64,000 bases of DNA from Amoebidium appalachense (GCA_963693365.1 CAVNZM010000003.1:3171106-3235105); one strand, 5' to 3'. Shown: positions 1 through 20,993, counted from the first letter of the stretch. The notes: generated by a model not told the origin, from the sequence alone. A program made the numbers and translations.

Positions 1-118
1 CAACCCAGCCAGATGACTAGGAAACTACTGGTTGCTGCTTATAAGGTGCAGGCGTTTGAATGTGTTGGGCACATGATGCAGGCAGATTAATTGAAACGCG
101 GCTGGATGCCCGTGACAC

Positions 119-450
119 TTACTCTGTCTGCAGGGTGCCACAAGGGTCGGTGGTGTCTTGGTGGTAATCATAGTAGCGGAAGGCATAGATGGGGTTGGTG
201 GCAGATGGAAGATACTTACGTAAGAGCATATTCGACCTCAATCTACTATGAGAACTCCAGGCAGACGAAGCATTTGAAAGCCTAGTGGGTGCATTGTATC
301 TGTGTAGAAAGGTAGCTCGGCCGGTTAGGTCTTCTTTCTATCAAAACCTTGGTTGTGTGAACATGTGGCAAAACCACGGCGGCTTAGGCCTCGATCATTG
401 CAACAATCATTGATTCTGATAAAAAACACTTGTACAGACTGGTGTTGAAC

Positions 451-488
<38 letters not shown>

Positions 489-951
489 CCCCCTGCGCTC
501 CACCCCGCCCCGCCAGGCCCGCCCCGCCCGCCCGCCCCCGAGCACGGTCACAGACAGGCTGTCATATTAGGGGGTTTAGGGCCAGAAAATTGTCCCTGAA
601 AGTCCGAAAATTGTCCCTAACTTTTTGAGGTTGGGTCCATCAATTTTCTAAAAATTGGCCCTAACAGAGCCAAATATATAAGAAAGTACACCCAAACACG
701 GTTGTTGGCTCTGTTAGGGCCATCCAGGCTGGTGGAAAGTTACCAAAATGGCTCCAGCGAAAAATAAATTTTACACCCTGGTCACAGAAAAAATGTCCAC
801 ACGGAAAATTAGGCACCAACACCGGTAAAAATATATAGTACAAGGATCAAATTTTACCCCCCCCCCCCCCCCCCCCCCCTCGCCCCTCAAGAAAAAAAAA
901 AGCACACACACACTTTGTGACACCATGAAAACAATATGTGTTCCAAGCAAG

Positions 952-994
<43 letters not shown>

Positions 995-2020
995 TTCCCC
1001 CCCCCCCCCCCCCCCCCCCCCCCCTGCCTCGACGCTGCTGCTGCTGCTGCCGCCGCGGCTTTCGAGCGCGGGTCATCATCAGTCCAGGATCCGGACTGGG
1101 GCCATGTCACATGCAGCCACACCAAGCCCAATGGACTCCTGAACGTCCGGCACCCCGCCAAGGCCACTCTTAGTTCCCAGCGCCTGGGCGGCACCTTGAC
1201 ACACAGCCTCTGAGATTTTGGCTGAGCTTCAAGGTTCCAGAGTGCATGCTGCTTGTTGAGCAAATAATCATGGGGTATACTAGAGGAGCCCACAAGTTCA
1301 TGTCTATGTGATTTGCGTTGTTCTTTGTCGCGTCCATTCAAGCGCATACGTGTGTATGCTTGTGTGTGTGTGTGTGTGTGTGCGTGCATATGTGCGTGCA
1401 TGCGTGGGTTTGTCATAAACCCACGCACACGTACACACGGTGTGTACGTGTGTGTGTGTACGTGTGTGTGTGTATTGGCCGGCATGTGTGTGTGCATGGT
1501 CGTGCGTGAGTGTGCGCGTGTATGCGTGGGTGCGTGCGCTGCGGGATCCGTGCGTGTGTTTATGTCACAGTGTGTGGGTGTGTATATGCGTGTGCGTGTG
1601 CGTGGACGTATACGCGTGTGTGATAGGTGCTTGTGGGCATTGTTGTCGTACCTGGCCATGCTTGGCAAGTCTAGATCTTCGTCTGACAGCACGCATGCTG
1701 AAATCTGTTACGCGCACAAGCGTTTGTTCTCATTACAGGTGTGGGTATGTGTCAGTAGCACGAATGCACGTAAGAATTTCTGCGCAGATGCTTAAGGCTC
1801 ATATGCATGTATTAAAACACGTGCACCCTCCGTCATCACCAGCATCCCAGCAAGTTCAGGCTCCACATGGGCCACGGCCATGTCGCGTACATGCAAGCAC
1901 ATTCTTGTGTGCAAGATTCTGTGCAGCCTGTTTTGAGTATGTTTAGTTTTGAGTACCATACAGTAGAACCTCTTCGTTTTCGATGACACTCAATATTTCA
2001 TGTCTACCACCTTTGCACAT
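119..2020 (-). CDS. possible spliced gene of unknown function (exon structure uncertain)
   Basis: Non-repetitive open segments on the minus strand, most with plausible GT/AG borders: ~2020-1957 (MCKGGRHEILSVIENEEVLLY), ~1714-1652 (DFSMRAVRRRSRLAKHGQ), ~1250-1024 (HALWNLEAQPKSQRLCVKVPPRRWELRVALAG...) and ~281-119 (LSNASSAW...AFRYYDYHQDTTDPCGTLQ). No recognisable domain. Confidence 0.3.
656..722. repeat. perfect 18-bp inverted repeat with 31-bp spacer
   Basis: tggccctaacagagccaa (656-673) and ttggctctgttagggcca (705-722). A direct repeat gaaaattgtccct lies nearby at ~585 and ~607. Confidence 0.85.
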
Positions 2021-2369
2021 TGGAGAATAGCTTGAACCTTGGTTTCCAGCTCAAAAAAAATTTCTGGACGGTGCGAGTGAGACTGGGGTCTGGGCGTCCG
2101 CAAGTTGGCGCCTTCGAAACAACCCAATCATCGAACGAATAAGGTGCGTTCCTATCCAATCAGGGCACATGTTGATGGCTTTTTCGATTGGATATCAGCC
2201 ACGTGAAGGAGACTTAGGCAAATTTCCTATTGGGCATCAGTATTGCCCAGAGGTGGGTAATGCTTTTTGCTCAAAAAGCAAAATAAAAGAACTGCAGACA
2301 AAATGCACTTGCGATGTATCTTTATGCAGAGAAAACATAAATATAACAAATCAGTTTTTTTATTTATAC

Positions 2370-3113
2370 CTAATATGAATATACTGCCTGCTTTTTATCT
2401 ATCACACGTGACCACGGACTGCTTACGGTGCTGCATGAGTCAGGCGCTTTTTCTTTTGTGGCGATCACGCGCGCGGTGCGCCACACAGCCAGTTCGGTGT
2501 TATCCGTGGCTACACGCATCCCCGCCGGATTCGCCCCTGTACCTCTTCCCTTCCCCATCGTCTCTGCCCATTGCCGAGCGCTATGTGGAATGGCTGGCGA
2601 CCCCCCCCGGAGGTACGGCTAGATCATAGTGTGAATATGAATAGTTTCAAGTCTATGGCTGATAGATATCTTTTTACTCTACGTGTTGAGTCCCTTCCGG
2701 TGTTAGGACCGCACAAACACCAACTACTAGTAGCCTATATGGCGGATACGGTTAGAGAGTCTCGTTCATACATAGATTCGTTTATTCGTAATGTGGTGTG
2801 GTGTAAAAACGCAAAGATGATTATGGCTTGGCGGTGTAATCGGTTTCTGGTGTCTCCTGCTCGTATGTGTAATATGTGTGGGGGGCGGTTTACTCGCGGC
2901 TGCATATCTATCAATAAATGCAACCTGTTAGCTAATGTATTAGAACCGGAGGTTATTGGCGGTTTTATTCTCTTTTCTTCATCTCTTCCTCAATATATTC
3001 GTTTTAAGATGACTATCCTAGATCACCTTATTAATGCTGCACAGTATGATATTGTGATCCGGTGCCTTAACTTTCTGTCGGAGCTACCGATGCTAGCATC
3101 TGCTTACCCATAA
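2370..3113 (+). pseudogene. frameshifted 3' remnant of a non-LTR retrotransposon ORF (post-RT region and zinc-knuckle-like C-terminus)
   Basis: Intronless. ORFs 2267-2629 and 2571-3113 join across a C run at ~2601-2608. The motif order LH..PPDS.L ... IDS.I ... I.AWR ... CxxC(G)xxFTRxxIxxxC ... ILDHLIN resembles, from memory, C-termini of LINE-like elements in early-diverging fungi. Confidence 0.45.
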
Positions 3114-4016
3114 TATGTAATAGGGGTGTCAGATCCTACGATGGCGCTCATTGTTGCCTAGCATGTACATATGTCACTGGCTGCATTTGATTGGCTGTGC
3201 TGGAAAACGCAGTAGGCCGTCGAATGTGGCTGGGCCTCCGGCAATGTCCACGCAATAAAAAGTGTGTAAACCCCGTGTGTCCTTTATATTGTAGAAGATA
3301 CACAATTACACTGCTTTATATTATGTTACACTGCTTCATATTACATAACATACACAATTCGTACCCGCACGGGCTCGTATTATTTTATGAAACTTGTGAC
3401 ACCAACTCTACTCCGAGGGCACCAACCAACCACCTTCCAGTTGCTTTTTTCGTTCATGATTTTTGAGTTGGGTCCGCTGACAGGCAGTTTAGAGAAAAGC
3501 AACATTTAACTAGTCAAAAAGTTTTGCCCAGAAAATAGCATCTTCAGATCCTGTCGCCGGTCGTTGATATAAAACCGACCACCTGTGTAGCAAGACTGGG
3601 TCATACGTAGAGCCTGCGAACGACGAAAGTGCCACTGTGTGTGCAGGTGGCTGCTTACACAGCACCAAGCATCAATATTTCTCTCCGTTGTGTGTGTCTA
3701 AGGTACGGTGCCTATACCCTTATACTTGCCTAGAAGAAAGCAGCAGCGGGGGGAGGGGGGGAAAGGGGGGAGGGAAGGGGAGGGGGAAGGAGAGGGAGAG
3801 GGGGGGGGGGGGCGTGGCGCTGCCCGTTCCCCCCCCCCCCCCCCCTTCTTCTTTCCCTCCTTCCCCCCCCCCCCCCCCCCCCCCCCTCCTCCCCCCTCCC
3901 TCCCTCCACTACCCCCCCTCATCCCCCTCTTTAGCCCTCGGCTTTGAGTGCCTGGACAGGAGTTACTGCAAGTGCTCACGGGCTTTCAATATGTCCACAG
4001 ACTCACTTTTTTCAAA

Positions 4017-10226
<6,210 letters not shown>

Positions 10227-11950
10227 TTTATTGTTGACGTAAAATGATTTCCGTGTTTTTTTGCATTCGTATTTTTCTAATGGTGTAATGAGATTGCATG
10301 AAGTATGCAGTTTCTTTAAGCAAGAACATGGATGTATCACGGATGATGGGCTGGAAACCATCACTGTGAATCATGATGTGGTGTTTTGCAGACATGAAGG
10401 GGATGGGGGAAGGGGAGACATGGGAGCGGAGGGGGGTTGGGCACATTGGAGCATATATGTGCACGTGCATGCACACACGTGATTATCCATGCACCCGCAC
10501 ATAGATATTTTGCACTGCATGCACACTGGCCATGCACATGCAAGATTGTGATGGGCACGAGTTATGCGATGGTAAGTGGGAAGAAAAATTGAACCTAGGC
10601 TAGTTTGCACCACATTTATGCATTGGTAAGGAGGTGGAAAGTGCAAATGTTGCATATACATACCTTTTTATTTCGTTTCTACACATGGTGTGTATTATGG
10701 TGGTAATATGTTGTGTGCTGTGTTTAGGTCAATTGTGCCGATGCGAATGAATGCTAGTTCTGTAAAATGCAAGGGCCTGAATTAATAGATAGCCCGGCAT
10801 GTGACATGCTGATGAGCAGAAACCACCAAAGTTTCCAAATTCCGTAAGGGGCCCGAAGCTCTTAATCGACCATTCTGGTATACCCATGTCACTGCAATGC
10901 CATGCATGCGCATGCCATATGCCACCCCAACATCACAACCGTTCCCTTCGCCCCCCCCTCCCCCTCCCCCTGCCCGCCCGTGTCGCTTATTTTGCAATTG
11001 TGTGACGTGGCGTGTGCGTGCTATTTTGTGTGACGTATGTGTGTGTGTGTTTGGGGGAAGGGGGGGGGACTCGAAGGGGCGGGGAAGTCAACACCATGAT
11101 GCATCCATATCATGCGTACATGTGTGCAGCCCCTAATTGATGCCAATTGCAACATAAGCCATGCCGTTACACATGAGCTATATATAGCCATCATGCATGG
11201 GCCCCGATAATTACAACATGTACTTGGTCCCGATCACGACCCCACAGCAATCATGTGCACAGATCTAGGAAAATGGACTTTGTCTTTTCTCGTGGATATA
11301 TTACTAGGGTGGCCACTCACACTGCAAGGCCAGTGCTGCTGCCCCTTTCGTTGGGCTGTAACTGCAACTATGATAGTTGCGTGGCGTGCCCTCAAAAGAC
11401 AGATAGATAGATCATGATATACATACGTGCTGAAAACGAATTCGTCATGTTTTTGGCCTACTATATATACAACTTACTATGCCCCGTATGGCCTCGTTTT
11501 CCCATTGTGGACATCTAGCCTTGAAATCCTGATATGAACACCTCAAATTCTGGTACATTACTTCCAACCAGACATCGGATTTTCTACAACTCACACCCTC
11601 GACATAACACATGCACAACCAACACTTCGAATGCCAAAATCAGAATCCGCTAGATCTAGACCAGAGAAACCAACACACCACACCGGCCGAGGGGCAAAAC
11701 AGCAAGCCGAAATTACGAAACCAAATACGGAATAAGGTCTTCACCGCTAGATGCAGAGCTCGAGACAAAAGAGGACAAACGTTAAAAAAACCATGGTACC
11801 CCCCGCAAAAAAAATGGAACGAGATTGAACACCCCCAAGCACATCATTCTGCAAGGCCGGTTGAAAAAAACACGAAAGAACTTCACTGCATGGTACCCCC
11901 CCCTCGAAACTTGCAAATATACCACCCCCCCAAAAAACACACCTCGCCAT

Positions 11951-12440
11951 CTAAGCGTTCTGCAGTGCGGGGTGGCGGTTATAGAACTCCAAACACTCCG
12001 GGTTAGCCAGCGCACTAGCATTCTTCACCGCCTGACCCACAATCAACTTCTTCACCGCCACCTCGACCTTCTTCCCGTTGATCGTGTAGGGAATGGCCTT
12101 AGTCTCGAGGATGAAATGCGGAATGTGGCGTGGGGATAGGGCGGCGCGTATGGCCTTTGTAATCTCGTCAATGATTGGCTTGCCAAACTCGTGGCCCTCG
12201 CGCATCTTGAGGAATAGAACAACGCGCTCCTCGTCCGAATTGCCAAAGACCTGGCCCACGCACAGCGAGTCCTCAATCTGCTCGAACTTTTCGATGATGT
12301 TGTAGATCTCCGCACTGCCAAACCGCACACCGGATGGGTTGAGAACACCTGTGGGATTAAAGAGGGCGGATAAGGTCAGAATAGTGGCCCTAAGGGTTGT
12401 GAGACGTGTGTGTGACTTCTTTCTTTTGGCTTTCTTCCCC

Positions 12441-12471
<31 letters not shown>

Positions 12472-12783
12472 AAAAAAAAAAAAAAACCACCAAGGAAGAA
12501 AGGGGGGAGGGGCATCCGAGCCAAACAAGTGCAGGGAAACAAATCTCCCATGTTGTGAATACACCCACACATTCTACATCATGGCACGGATTCTTTTACA
12601 CTATACTGTGCTGAGTTCGTGTGTTTGTGTGTGTGTGTGTGTGTTGGGGGGAGGGGGGTTTGCATGTGTGTTGGGGGGAGGGGGGGTTTGCATGTGTGTT
12701 GGGGGGAGGGGGGTTTGCATGTGTGTTGGGGGGAGGGGGGTTTGCATGTGTGTTGGGGGGAGGGGGGTTGGCGGGGCGCACGC

Positions 12784-12817
<34 letters not shown>

Positions 12818-13135
12818 CCCAAAAACACACCATCTGAACGTCCCAGCATCAACACACCGCCAGTCTTTGAGTTGATCTGGCAGAAGTCACCGTGGGCCCA
12901 GACCCCTGGGAACTTGTCGAAGTATGCCGCACGGTACTTGCAGCCGTCTGGGTCATTCCAGAAGCACACAGGCATGGCCGGGAAGGGCTTGGTGCACACA
13001 AGCTCACCCGGTACGTCGAACACGGGGTGACCATCATCGTCCCAGGCCTAAAAAATGCACAAGGTGTGGGTGAGATACGAGTGCCATGCTGCTTGATATT
13101 CCTATTCCTATACCTACACTCGTAACTTGCTTTGC

Positions 13136-13173
<38 letters not shown>

Positions 13174-13764
13174 CCCCCCCCCCCCCCCCCAAAAAAACAA
13201 AAAAAAAAAAAAACAAAAAAAAACACACACACATACATTCCTAGATCATTGCATGATTTGACTTGTTTGAACGCTGCAGCATTCACGGGTCTCTGTTGCA
13301 CCTGGCACACAGTATCACATCTTTGCATCATCGCAACATCACCACATCCTGCCCACCTAATTATTCACAGAACGACCTCATCTCTTATGTTGATACCGAC
13401 AGACAGACATCCCTCCCTCCCACACCTCCCAACCCCATCCCTTCCCCCCCCCCCCCACCCCACCCTCCTACCCCCTTCCCCCCTTTCCCTCACCTCGACA
13501 GCCATGCCCAGGTGTCTCGTCTGAATCTCCCCCTTCACGACAGGCACAGTGGGGTTCGACCCCATGAAGCAACTGCAGATGTCTGTGCCCCCACTAATGG
13601 ACCCGAGAAGAACGTCAGACTTGACGTCAGAGTACACGTACTCGAACGAGTCCGGGGTCAGGGGTGAGCCGGTGGAGAGAATCGCCCTGTGAAAGGAAAA
13701 GGGGGGAGGAAAAAGGGTGTTTTGTAAGTGTTGGGTGTGAAGGGAGGTGAGGTGAGGTGAAGTC

Positions 13765-13810
<46 letters not shown>

Positions 13811-13929
13811 GTGTCCTTGATGTACTCGTGCGGCGTGGTGTTGTGAGTTGAGGGTGACCTAGTGTACGGTTGTACATTTGCGTGCATACGTGCATGCGTG
13901 TCTGTGTATGTGTGTGTGTGTGTGTGTTG

Positions 13930-13968
<39 letters not shown>

Positions 13969-14388
13969 GGGGGGGAGGCATCGTGAAATATTGACTGGGG
14001 GTGTATGCATGATCATGTGTGTGTGTGTCCGTGCATTTGTGCGCCACATGGGTCATGCAGGGGACGTGGTGAAAGGTGGCAAGTAGAAAAATTACACAGA
14101 ACAGAGAATTTAATGCATGAGACACCGTGGGGAGGAGCTAAGTGGTGCTTGTGAGGTGATGACGGAGATGGTGCAAGAAAGCGTCGAGAGTGCATAGGTG
14201 TGAGTGGGTGTGGTGGTGAGGTGACAGTGTCAGTGAGTTTGTGAGAGTTTGTGTGCTGTGAGAGTTTGTGTGTGTGTGTGTGTGTTAGCTGGTGTCAGCA
14301 TGCACCTGCCGGTGCAAAGCACCAACACCCACAACGACATGCCAAGCAATGCATACCGCGCCGACAGCAATATAGCACACACAAGCAT

Positions 14389-14419
<31 letters not shown>

Positions 14420-15820
14420 CACACACACACATACCCCTCCATTCCTTTCCATCCCCTCCCCCCCATCTCCCATCACCCCCCTTCCCCTCCCCCCCCTCCC
14501 CTTTTCCGCCTAACCCCTCCCCCTTTCCCCCTCTCCTCCCACCCACCCACCCACCTCATCGTCTTGAGGCTGTGTGTCTGCATGGGCCGCATGCCATTGT
14601 CCATGCACGTAGCAATCCACTTGGCACTGGTACCAAACACCGTGATGCCCAGTTTGTCGACCAGGTCCCACATGCTGTTCATCGTGGGCTTGAACGGTGA
14701 CCCGTCGTACACCACCAGGGTGGCACCAACTAGAAGGCCGCCAAGAAGCCAGTTCCACATCATCCACCCCGTGGTGGTGTAGTAGAAGAGCGTGTCTTGG
14801 CGCTTAAGGTCACCCTGTGAGGGGGGGAGGGGGGGGACACATTTAAATAAGTCACAAAAAAAATAGGAATTGGTGTGTGAGGTGAGATGGTGATGTGTGA
14901 AAGTGGGTGACGAAGGGGATAGCGAAGAGACAGAAAAGGAAAAGCGAGGGGAAGGGTCAACCTGAGTGGGGCGAAAAAAAAAAAAAAAAAAAAAAGAAAG
15001 AACGAAAGAATGTAAGAAGGAAAGAGAGAGAGGAAAAAGGCGTGTGTGAGGTGAGATTGCCATTGTGTGAAAGAGGGTGGTGACGTGGATGAGGAAAGGT
15101 GAGGGTGAGGAAGGAAGGGATGAAGGGAGCAAGGGAGGTAGATGAGGGGTGGGATGTGATTGAGATGGTGGTTGTGTGTGTGTGTGTGTGTGTTGGGGGG
15201 GGGGGTTTTAAATGCGTCAAAAAGTACGAAGTACACAAGAACAAACGGATAACACGATGCAGAATGCAAGCCATACATAAAGAGTATGCATAATAAGCAG
15301 AGCCCATCCTCAGGGGGGGCCCACGTCATCCACAGTACCCGAGTTTCGACCTATTCCCCTCGTAAACGAAACCCAACCCAGATACTGTTTCAGGGGGGGG
15401 GGGGGGGGGGGGGGGCAGGCAGCAATGTGTGTGTGAGTGCGTGGTGCGTGTGGCGTGTATGTGTGAATGTTTAGGTGTGGGTGTGCGCCTGTGTGTGTGT
15501 CAGTCTGACGTTCGTGTGCACGCACATCATGTTTTTGTGGTAAATATGCGCGTATGTGGGGGGTGTGTGTGTGTGTGTGTGTGTTGCCTGCCTGTGAGTT
15601 TGTGTGGTGTGCGTGTGGTTGATGGTGTGTGTGTGTTCGTGGTTGCGCACGTGTGTATGTGTATGTGTGTGTGTGTGTGGTCTGTATTTGACCATCTGTT
15701 CAGCCTGCATTTGCATTCCTACTACCTGTCCCCATCCACACTCCATCACCCAACCATGTAAAACCACACGGCCCTCATAGAACTCTCCCAAGTCCAATTA
15801 TATGCCCAGCATTGCTGCCA

Positions 15821-15857
<37 letters not shown>

Positions 15858-16518
15858 CCTCCAATACCCACTCCTGCCCGCCCTTCCCACCATGCACACG
15901 CACACGCACACACACACACACCTGCAGGATGTGCTCCTCCAGGTGCTTGATCATGCATCCACCAGCCGAGTGGACCATGCACTTTGGTGCCCCCGTGGTG
16001 CCGCTGCTGTACATGATGAATAGGGGGTGGTTGAACGGCAGCTGCTCAAAGTGCAGCTCGGGAACAGCATCACTGTGGTCGTTGCCTGCACACAGGGAAA
16101 AAAAGGGAGATGCATGAGTACACAGAAGGAGACACCGATGCATGAGCACACAGGATGCAAAATACACACATGAGCACAAACCTCAAACTGCAGCTAGGAA
16201 ACAACAAACAAACGAACCTAGTTACAAACGGTAAAGGGAAAGGAGAGCAGGCTGCACGGGCAGCCGCTGCGGCGGTGGGGGGGTGGAGAGGGGGGGGGGG
16301 GGGGGGGGGGGGGGGCACTGCAACACCCACTCCATGACAAAACCTGCACACAGGCAGGAAAACCACGATATGAATGAGCACAGAGCAGGCAACTGCAGCC
16401 AAGAAACCAAAAAAAACGAAAGCTCACACATGACACCACTGCTACTAAACCTTGGGAAAGGGGGGGGGGGGGGGGGGGGGGAGGGGGGGGGAGGGGGGGG
16501 GGAGGGGGGAGGGGGAGG

Positions 16519-16553
<35 letters not shown>

Positions 16554-17634
16554 TATGTGCGTACGTGCGTGTGTGCGTACGTGGGGAGGGGAGAGGGAAG
16601 GCGGGGGGGGGGGGGGGGGGGGGGGGAGGGGGGGGGGGGGGGTGTGCTTGTGCACACATACCCTCCATAACAAAGTCGTCCCAGGTCTGGGCCATGGGTG
16701 ATATTGCGCTTAGGTCGAAGGGGTGGTCCTTGACGAAAGGCAGGATGATGATCTTCCTGAGCTCGTGCAGCCCGTGGATCACACTCTTGAGCTTGCCCAC
16801 GTGGTCGTGCACCTTGCCGTTGTAGTACACACCGTTGACGCTGATCAGCACAGACGGCTTGATCTGTCAATCATACAGTGAGCTTCATGCCCCAGACCTC
16901 CCCCCTCCTCTCACCCCCCCCCCCCCCCCCCCCCATCCCGCGGGGCCCCCGGAACCCCTATCCCCCCCAGACAAGCACACACGCACACAGACAACCTATC
17001 ATAACCATATCGCCCCTTGTGTAGGCATGCCACCAACCACCAACATGGTGCCTGGTAGAAACCAACCACACGCTACCCCCCCCCCCCCCCCCAATAAGTA
17101 TAAATAAAAATAAAAATAAATAAATAAATACACACACACATACCCACAGGCTCTCCACAACAAAAATAACGTCACACGTTTTCTCAAAACACCCCCCATT
17201 CCTGTCCCCTCCTCCGTTTCCCACCTCCCCCCTCCTCCCGCCCCCCTGTTCCGCCCCTTCAAAAAGCCTAAAACACACACAATCCCCCAAATGTTCTAAG
17301 GGAACATGTATCTCCCCCATGGCCCAAGAAGCGCCACCTGCGTGGCCTTCCGCATACCTGCGAGAACCTATCCAGCACGCCATTGACGCCAAAGTCCGGT
17401 GACGTCCCCGACCATATAGCCCCAATGGAGGACGCAGCAAGCATGGCCACAGCAGCCTCGATGGTGTTGGGCATGTACCCGGTCACACGGTCCCCATTGC
17501 TTATCCCCATCCTCTTGAGTGCTTGTGCAAACCGGGCCACCATGTTGCGAAGCTCGCGGTATGTCACTTTGCGGACGTCGGATGTGCCTTCATTGCAGCC
17601 AATCTATGATGGGTGGGTGCGTGGGTTAGAAAAG

Positions 17635-17674
<40 letters not shown>

Positions 17675-18184
17675 GGGAGGGGGAGGGGGGGGGGGGGGGG
17701 GGATTGTATGTGAACCGAGATGTAGGTTAGTGCTCACTCTATCTCTTTTCTCTCTTTTGTATGGCGGGGGAAGGGGGGGGGGGGGGGGGAGGAGAATGAG
17801 AACTCGGAGCGATCAATTCTCACAGCCTTGAGTAACTCTAATCCGATACCTCAACCTCATCCACTTCACAGGCGCAGAACAATTCCACAGTCCCCCCCAC
17901 CCCCCCCTCCCGTTACCCTTTTCGGTTTGCCCCCAACCACAGCATCACGGTAGAGACACTACCAAACCTCTTCAAGCACACATACGTTCCCTTGGCTTGC
18001 TCTTTCGACTGCTTGCTACCTCCCCTGTCGGCCACCCTCCATTCTTCATGCATCCCCCCCCTTCCTCCACCGCCAAAGGGTACCCACCCCTTATAAACAG
18101 CAGCCTACCTCTCACACGCCAAGCCCTCCTTCCCCCCCCCCCCCCTCCCCCCCCAAACAACTTCCCTCCTCCCCCCATTCCCCA

Positions 18185-18223
<39 letters not shown>

Positions 18224-19489
18224 CTTTCTGTTGCACGTACCAGAGCCACCTGGTCATCATTCCACCTCAGTGCGTTCTCGGCATAGTTGAGGCGTGCGCC
18301 CTTGAACCACTCTGGTACCTGGTCCATGGTTATGCTCGTGTCTATGACCTGTGAGTACTTCTGCGAGTACTGCACGTTGCCGTACTCCCACATGGCCCCC
18401 CAGAACTTGTCGTGGTACGCAACAGACCAAGCGTACAGCTCCTGATAGTTGCCTGCACAAAACAGAGCCTGTTGGAAACTACCAGCCTCAAGAGGCCCCG
18501 TACCACGATCATCCCTACACAGCCAGCCGCCCCCCCTCCCCCCTCCCCCCCCCCCCAACCACACACACACACATACACACCACCGGCGGGCTATGTCATC
18601 TGTATACCTCTAGAACAACAGAGCAACACATACTGAACACATGCTTGTAGATTTACAAAATGCTGTTGCAACCGCTATTCCCCCTCCCCCCTCCCCCCCC
18701 CGGCGCGTGCTCACACACTCCCCCCTCCCCCCATACCCAGCAACACAAGCCAAACAGATTCGAGTAAACTGTCAGAGATATTACTTACTCAGGTGGAGGC
18801 CGTTCTCCGTGTTGATTTTCTCGCGGAACTTATCCATCTCGGTAACCTGGCCCTTTGGGGGGGTCCAGAGCACCTTGACACCTCTGCCCAACCGAGAGTA
18901 AGCCTAAATACACAAGAACTGGGGGATGATAGCACCACCCACACAGGGACATATACACACATACCGCTCCCACACGATTGGGTTAATGCCGTCAAACATG
19001 TGCAAGAGCCAGCGCTATCTGCAAGCAACCCTGTGTGTGACCACAGATCTGATCAAATACACACGTGGGGAACCAACAAGTCAGACGCCTCGACCCAACA
19101 CAAGCTATCGAACGGACTCGGGCTTCGCGAAACTGTGTGTGCTTGCCTTATCATTGCAGACAGACATAAGCCGTGCACAACCATCGAACGCGAGAAGCAA
19201 AGCTACCGTGTCACTTGAGCAGCCTCATCCGTACTAGAAAGCACATACAACAACAACAAGATTAATAATAGGGTGTCACTGTGAAAAAATACACATGCAC
19301 AAGACCACTCTAAAGCATCTGGCAAGTGAGTAAAAGGCTAGCGTGTTTGTGGCTGTGACCCGTTCGCATGCAAGAGAGACACAAATGTGCATATGTGTAT
19401 AATATTCTTGGGTTTATCCACGTTCAAACTGGGGCACCTTACACATCGCTAGGTGCGTGGGGAATGGCAGTCTCGGCAGCTGGCGTCAT
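11951..19489 (-). CDS. AACS: acetoacetyl-CoA synthetase (AMP-forming acyl-CoA ligase); ~11 exons
   Basis: Exons encode VLWTPP...[29 protein letters not shown]...[77 protein letters not shown]...[18 protein letters not shown] and [15 protein letters not shown]. The two most 5' exons (ATG 19489, [10 protein letters not shown]) are tentative. Confidence 0.95.
12639..12769. repeat. intronic minisatellite, 5 x ~27 bp
   Basis: The unit gtgtgttggggggaggggggtttgcat is repeated in tandem. Confidence 0.9.
15206..15392 (-). mobile_element. 5'-truncated copy (~190 bp) of the structured retroelement 3' module (family A)
   Basis: Near-identical to the reverse complement of ~56246-56432. Flanked by G tracts (poly-C on the element strand) on both sides. 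Lies in an AACS intron. Confidence 0.9.
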
Positions 19490-20459
19490 TTTTCAAGTTG
19501 TAGAGCCGTAGATTACAAACCTGTATACAGATAGTTACGGACACCAAAGCTCGGCACACTATCAAATACTTTAAAATGAACTGTTTCTGAAGGTGTGTTC
19601 TAGGAAAGGGGAAAAACTGAAGAGAAAATAAAAAAGTTTGCTCCAAAACATATGCCCCCAGGACGTTTCACCTCCCCTCCGAAAACACAAAACAAACTCT
19701 GTGAATTGGACTTTCTCGGCTTTATATACAAGGTGACAATCCAATTGGCGCTGTAATTGGGCCAATCGCTGATAAGTTTATGACGAGGCAATATCAGTAG
19801 CTGAGTCGAAGCCAATAAAAACACGTAAAACCGTTCAGTTCAAGCAGCTCCGCTGAATACCCACGCCTGCTCAACCAACTATCTTCTTGGAAGGGGTAAT
19901 GTGGATAGGCGAATGTAGTCATTATCACCCGATAGATGCAGCTTCTCAACCCTCGCCCTAACGATGCTAGTTTTTATAACTTTGATATAAAAAGAAGGGA
20001 AAAAATTTATATAAATAATTTTTTTACCTTTTTTTTTGAGTTTTATTGGTCAACGAAAGGAGTATTGATTGTTGACTATGGCAGGGTCGTCGCCACCATT
20101 TAGCAATCACCAAATGATTCTGCTTTTGATTGGCTAGCCAGCTGCACATGGGCCGTTGCCCGCTGAGCCGGTACAGGGTCACAATCAGGCTTAAAAATAC
20201 GGTTTCTACTCCGATTAGACAAGGGAAATGTAAGGAAATGGCGGTCACTCTTACCCACTGCACCGTAAATCGAAAACAGAATAAAGCAAATACATTACAG
20301 CCCTGATGATGCCGGGTGAACGCACGGAAGTGAGCGCGGGCTTGCGGATCCAGCCGTTCACATGTCACAGTACACGCGCAGGCGTACGTTTTGTGGCTGT
20401 TTTACGTGTGCAAAGAAGGCGACAGAAGGTTCTAGTGACATGCACAGTTGTCAGTACAC

Positions 20460-20529
<70 letters not shown>

Positions 20530-20993
20530 CGGCATGGTTGCTAGAGCCTTGAGATGTCCATGTGCTCTCACTCTTCGTCTACATCAAGGAACATCGTGCG
20601 TGCATGGTTTGACACCCCATATTACCCCATATTTTTGGATCAGTTTTCGTTGTATACGTGCTCGTGTGGTTCTGTGTGTGCACGTGTATACTACACAGGC
20701 GTGTGTACACTAGGTGAGTGCTGTGTGTGAATCTACTTTGAGTAGGTGAGTGCTGTGTGTGACTCTAGGCTACTCAAAAGCATCGGTTTAGTCTAGACGT
20801 GTGGAGAAACACAGAGGGCCCGGCCCTCTGTTTAGATTGTGCATGGCACCGGGAAGTTCCTTGTGTGTTCCAAATAAAGAAAGTTAATGAGGAGCCTGTC
20901 TTTTTGGGGACGGTTGAGCCTCCCAGGGTGTCCTTTTTTTTCCTCACGTGTGTTTGCGCGAAGGTTTCGATGGGTGTGTAGGGAGGTGAGGAT

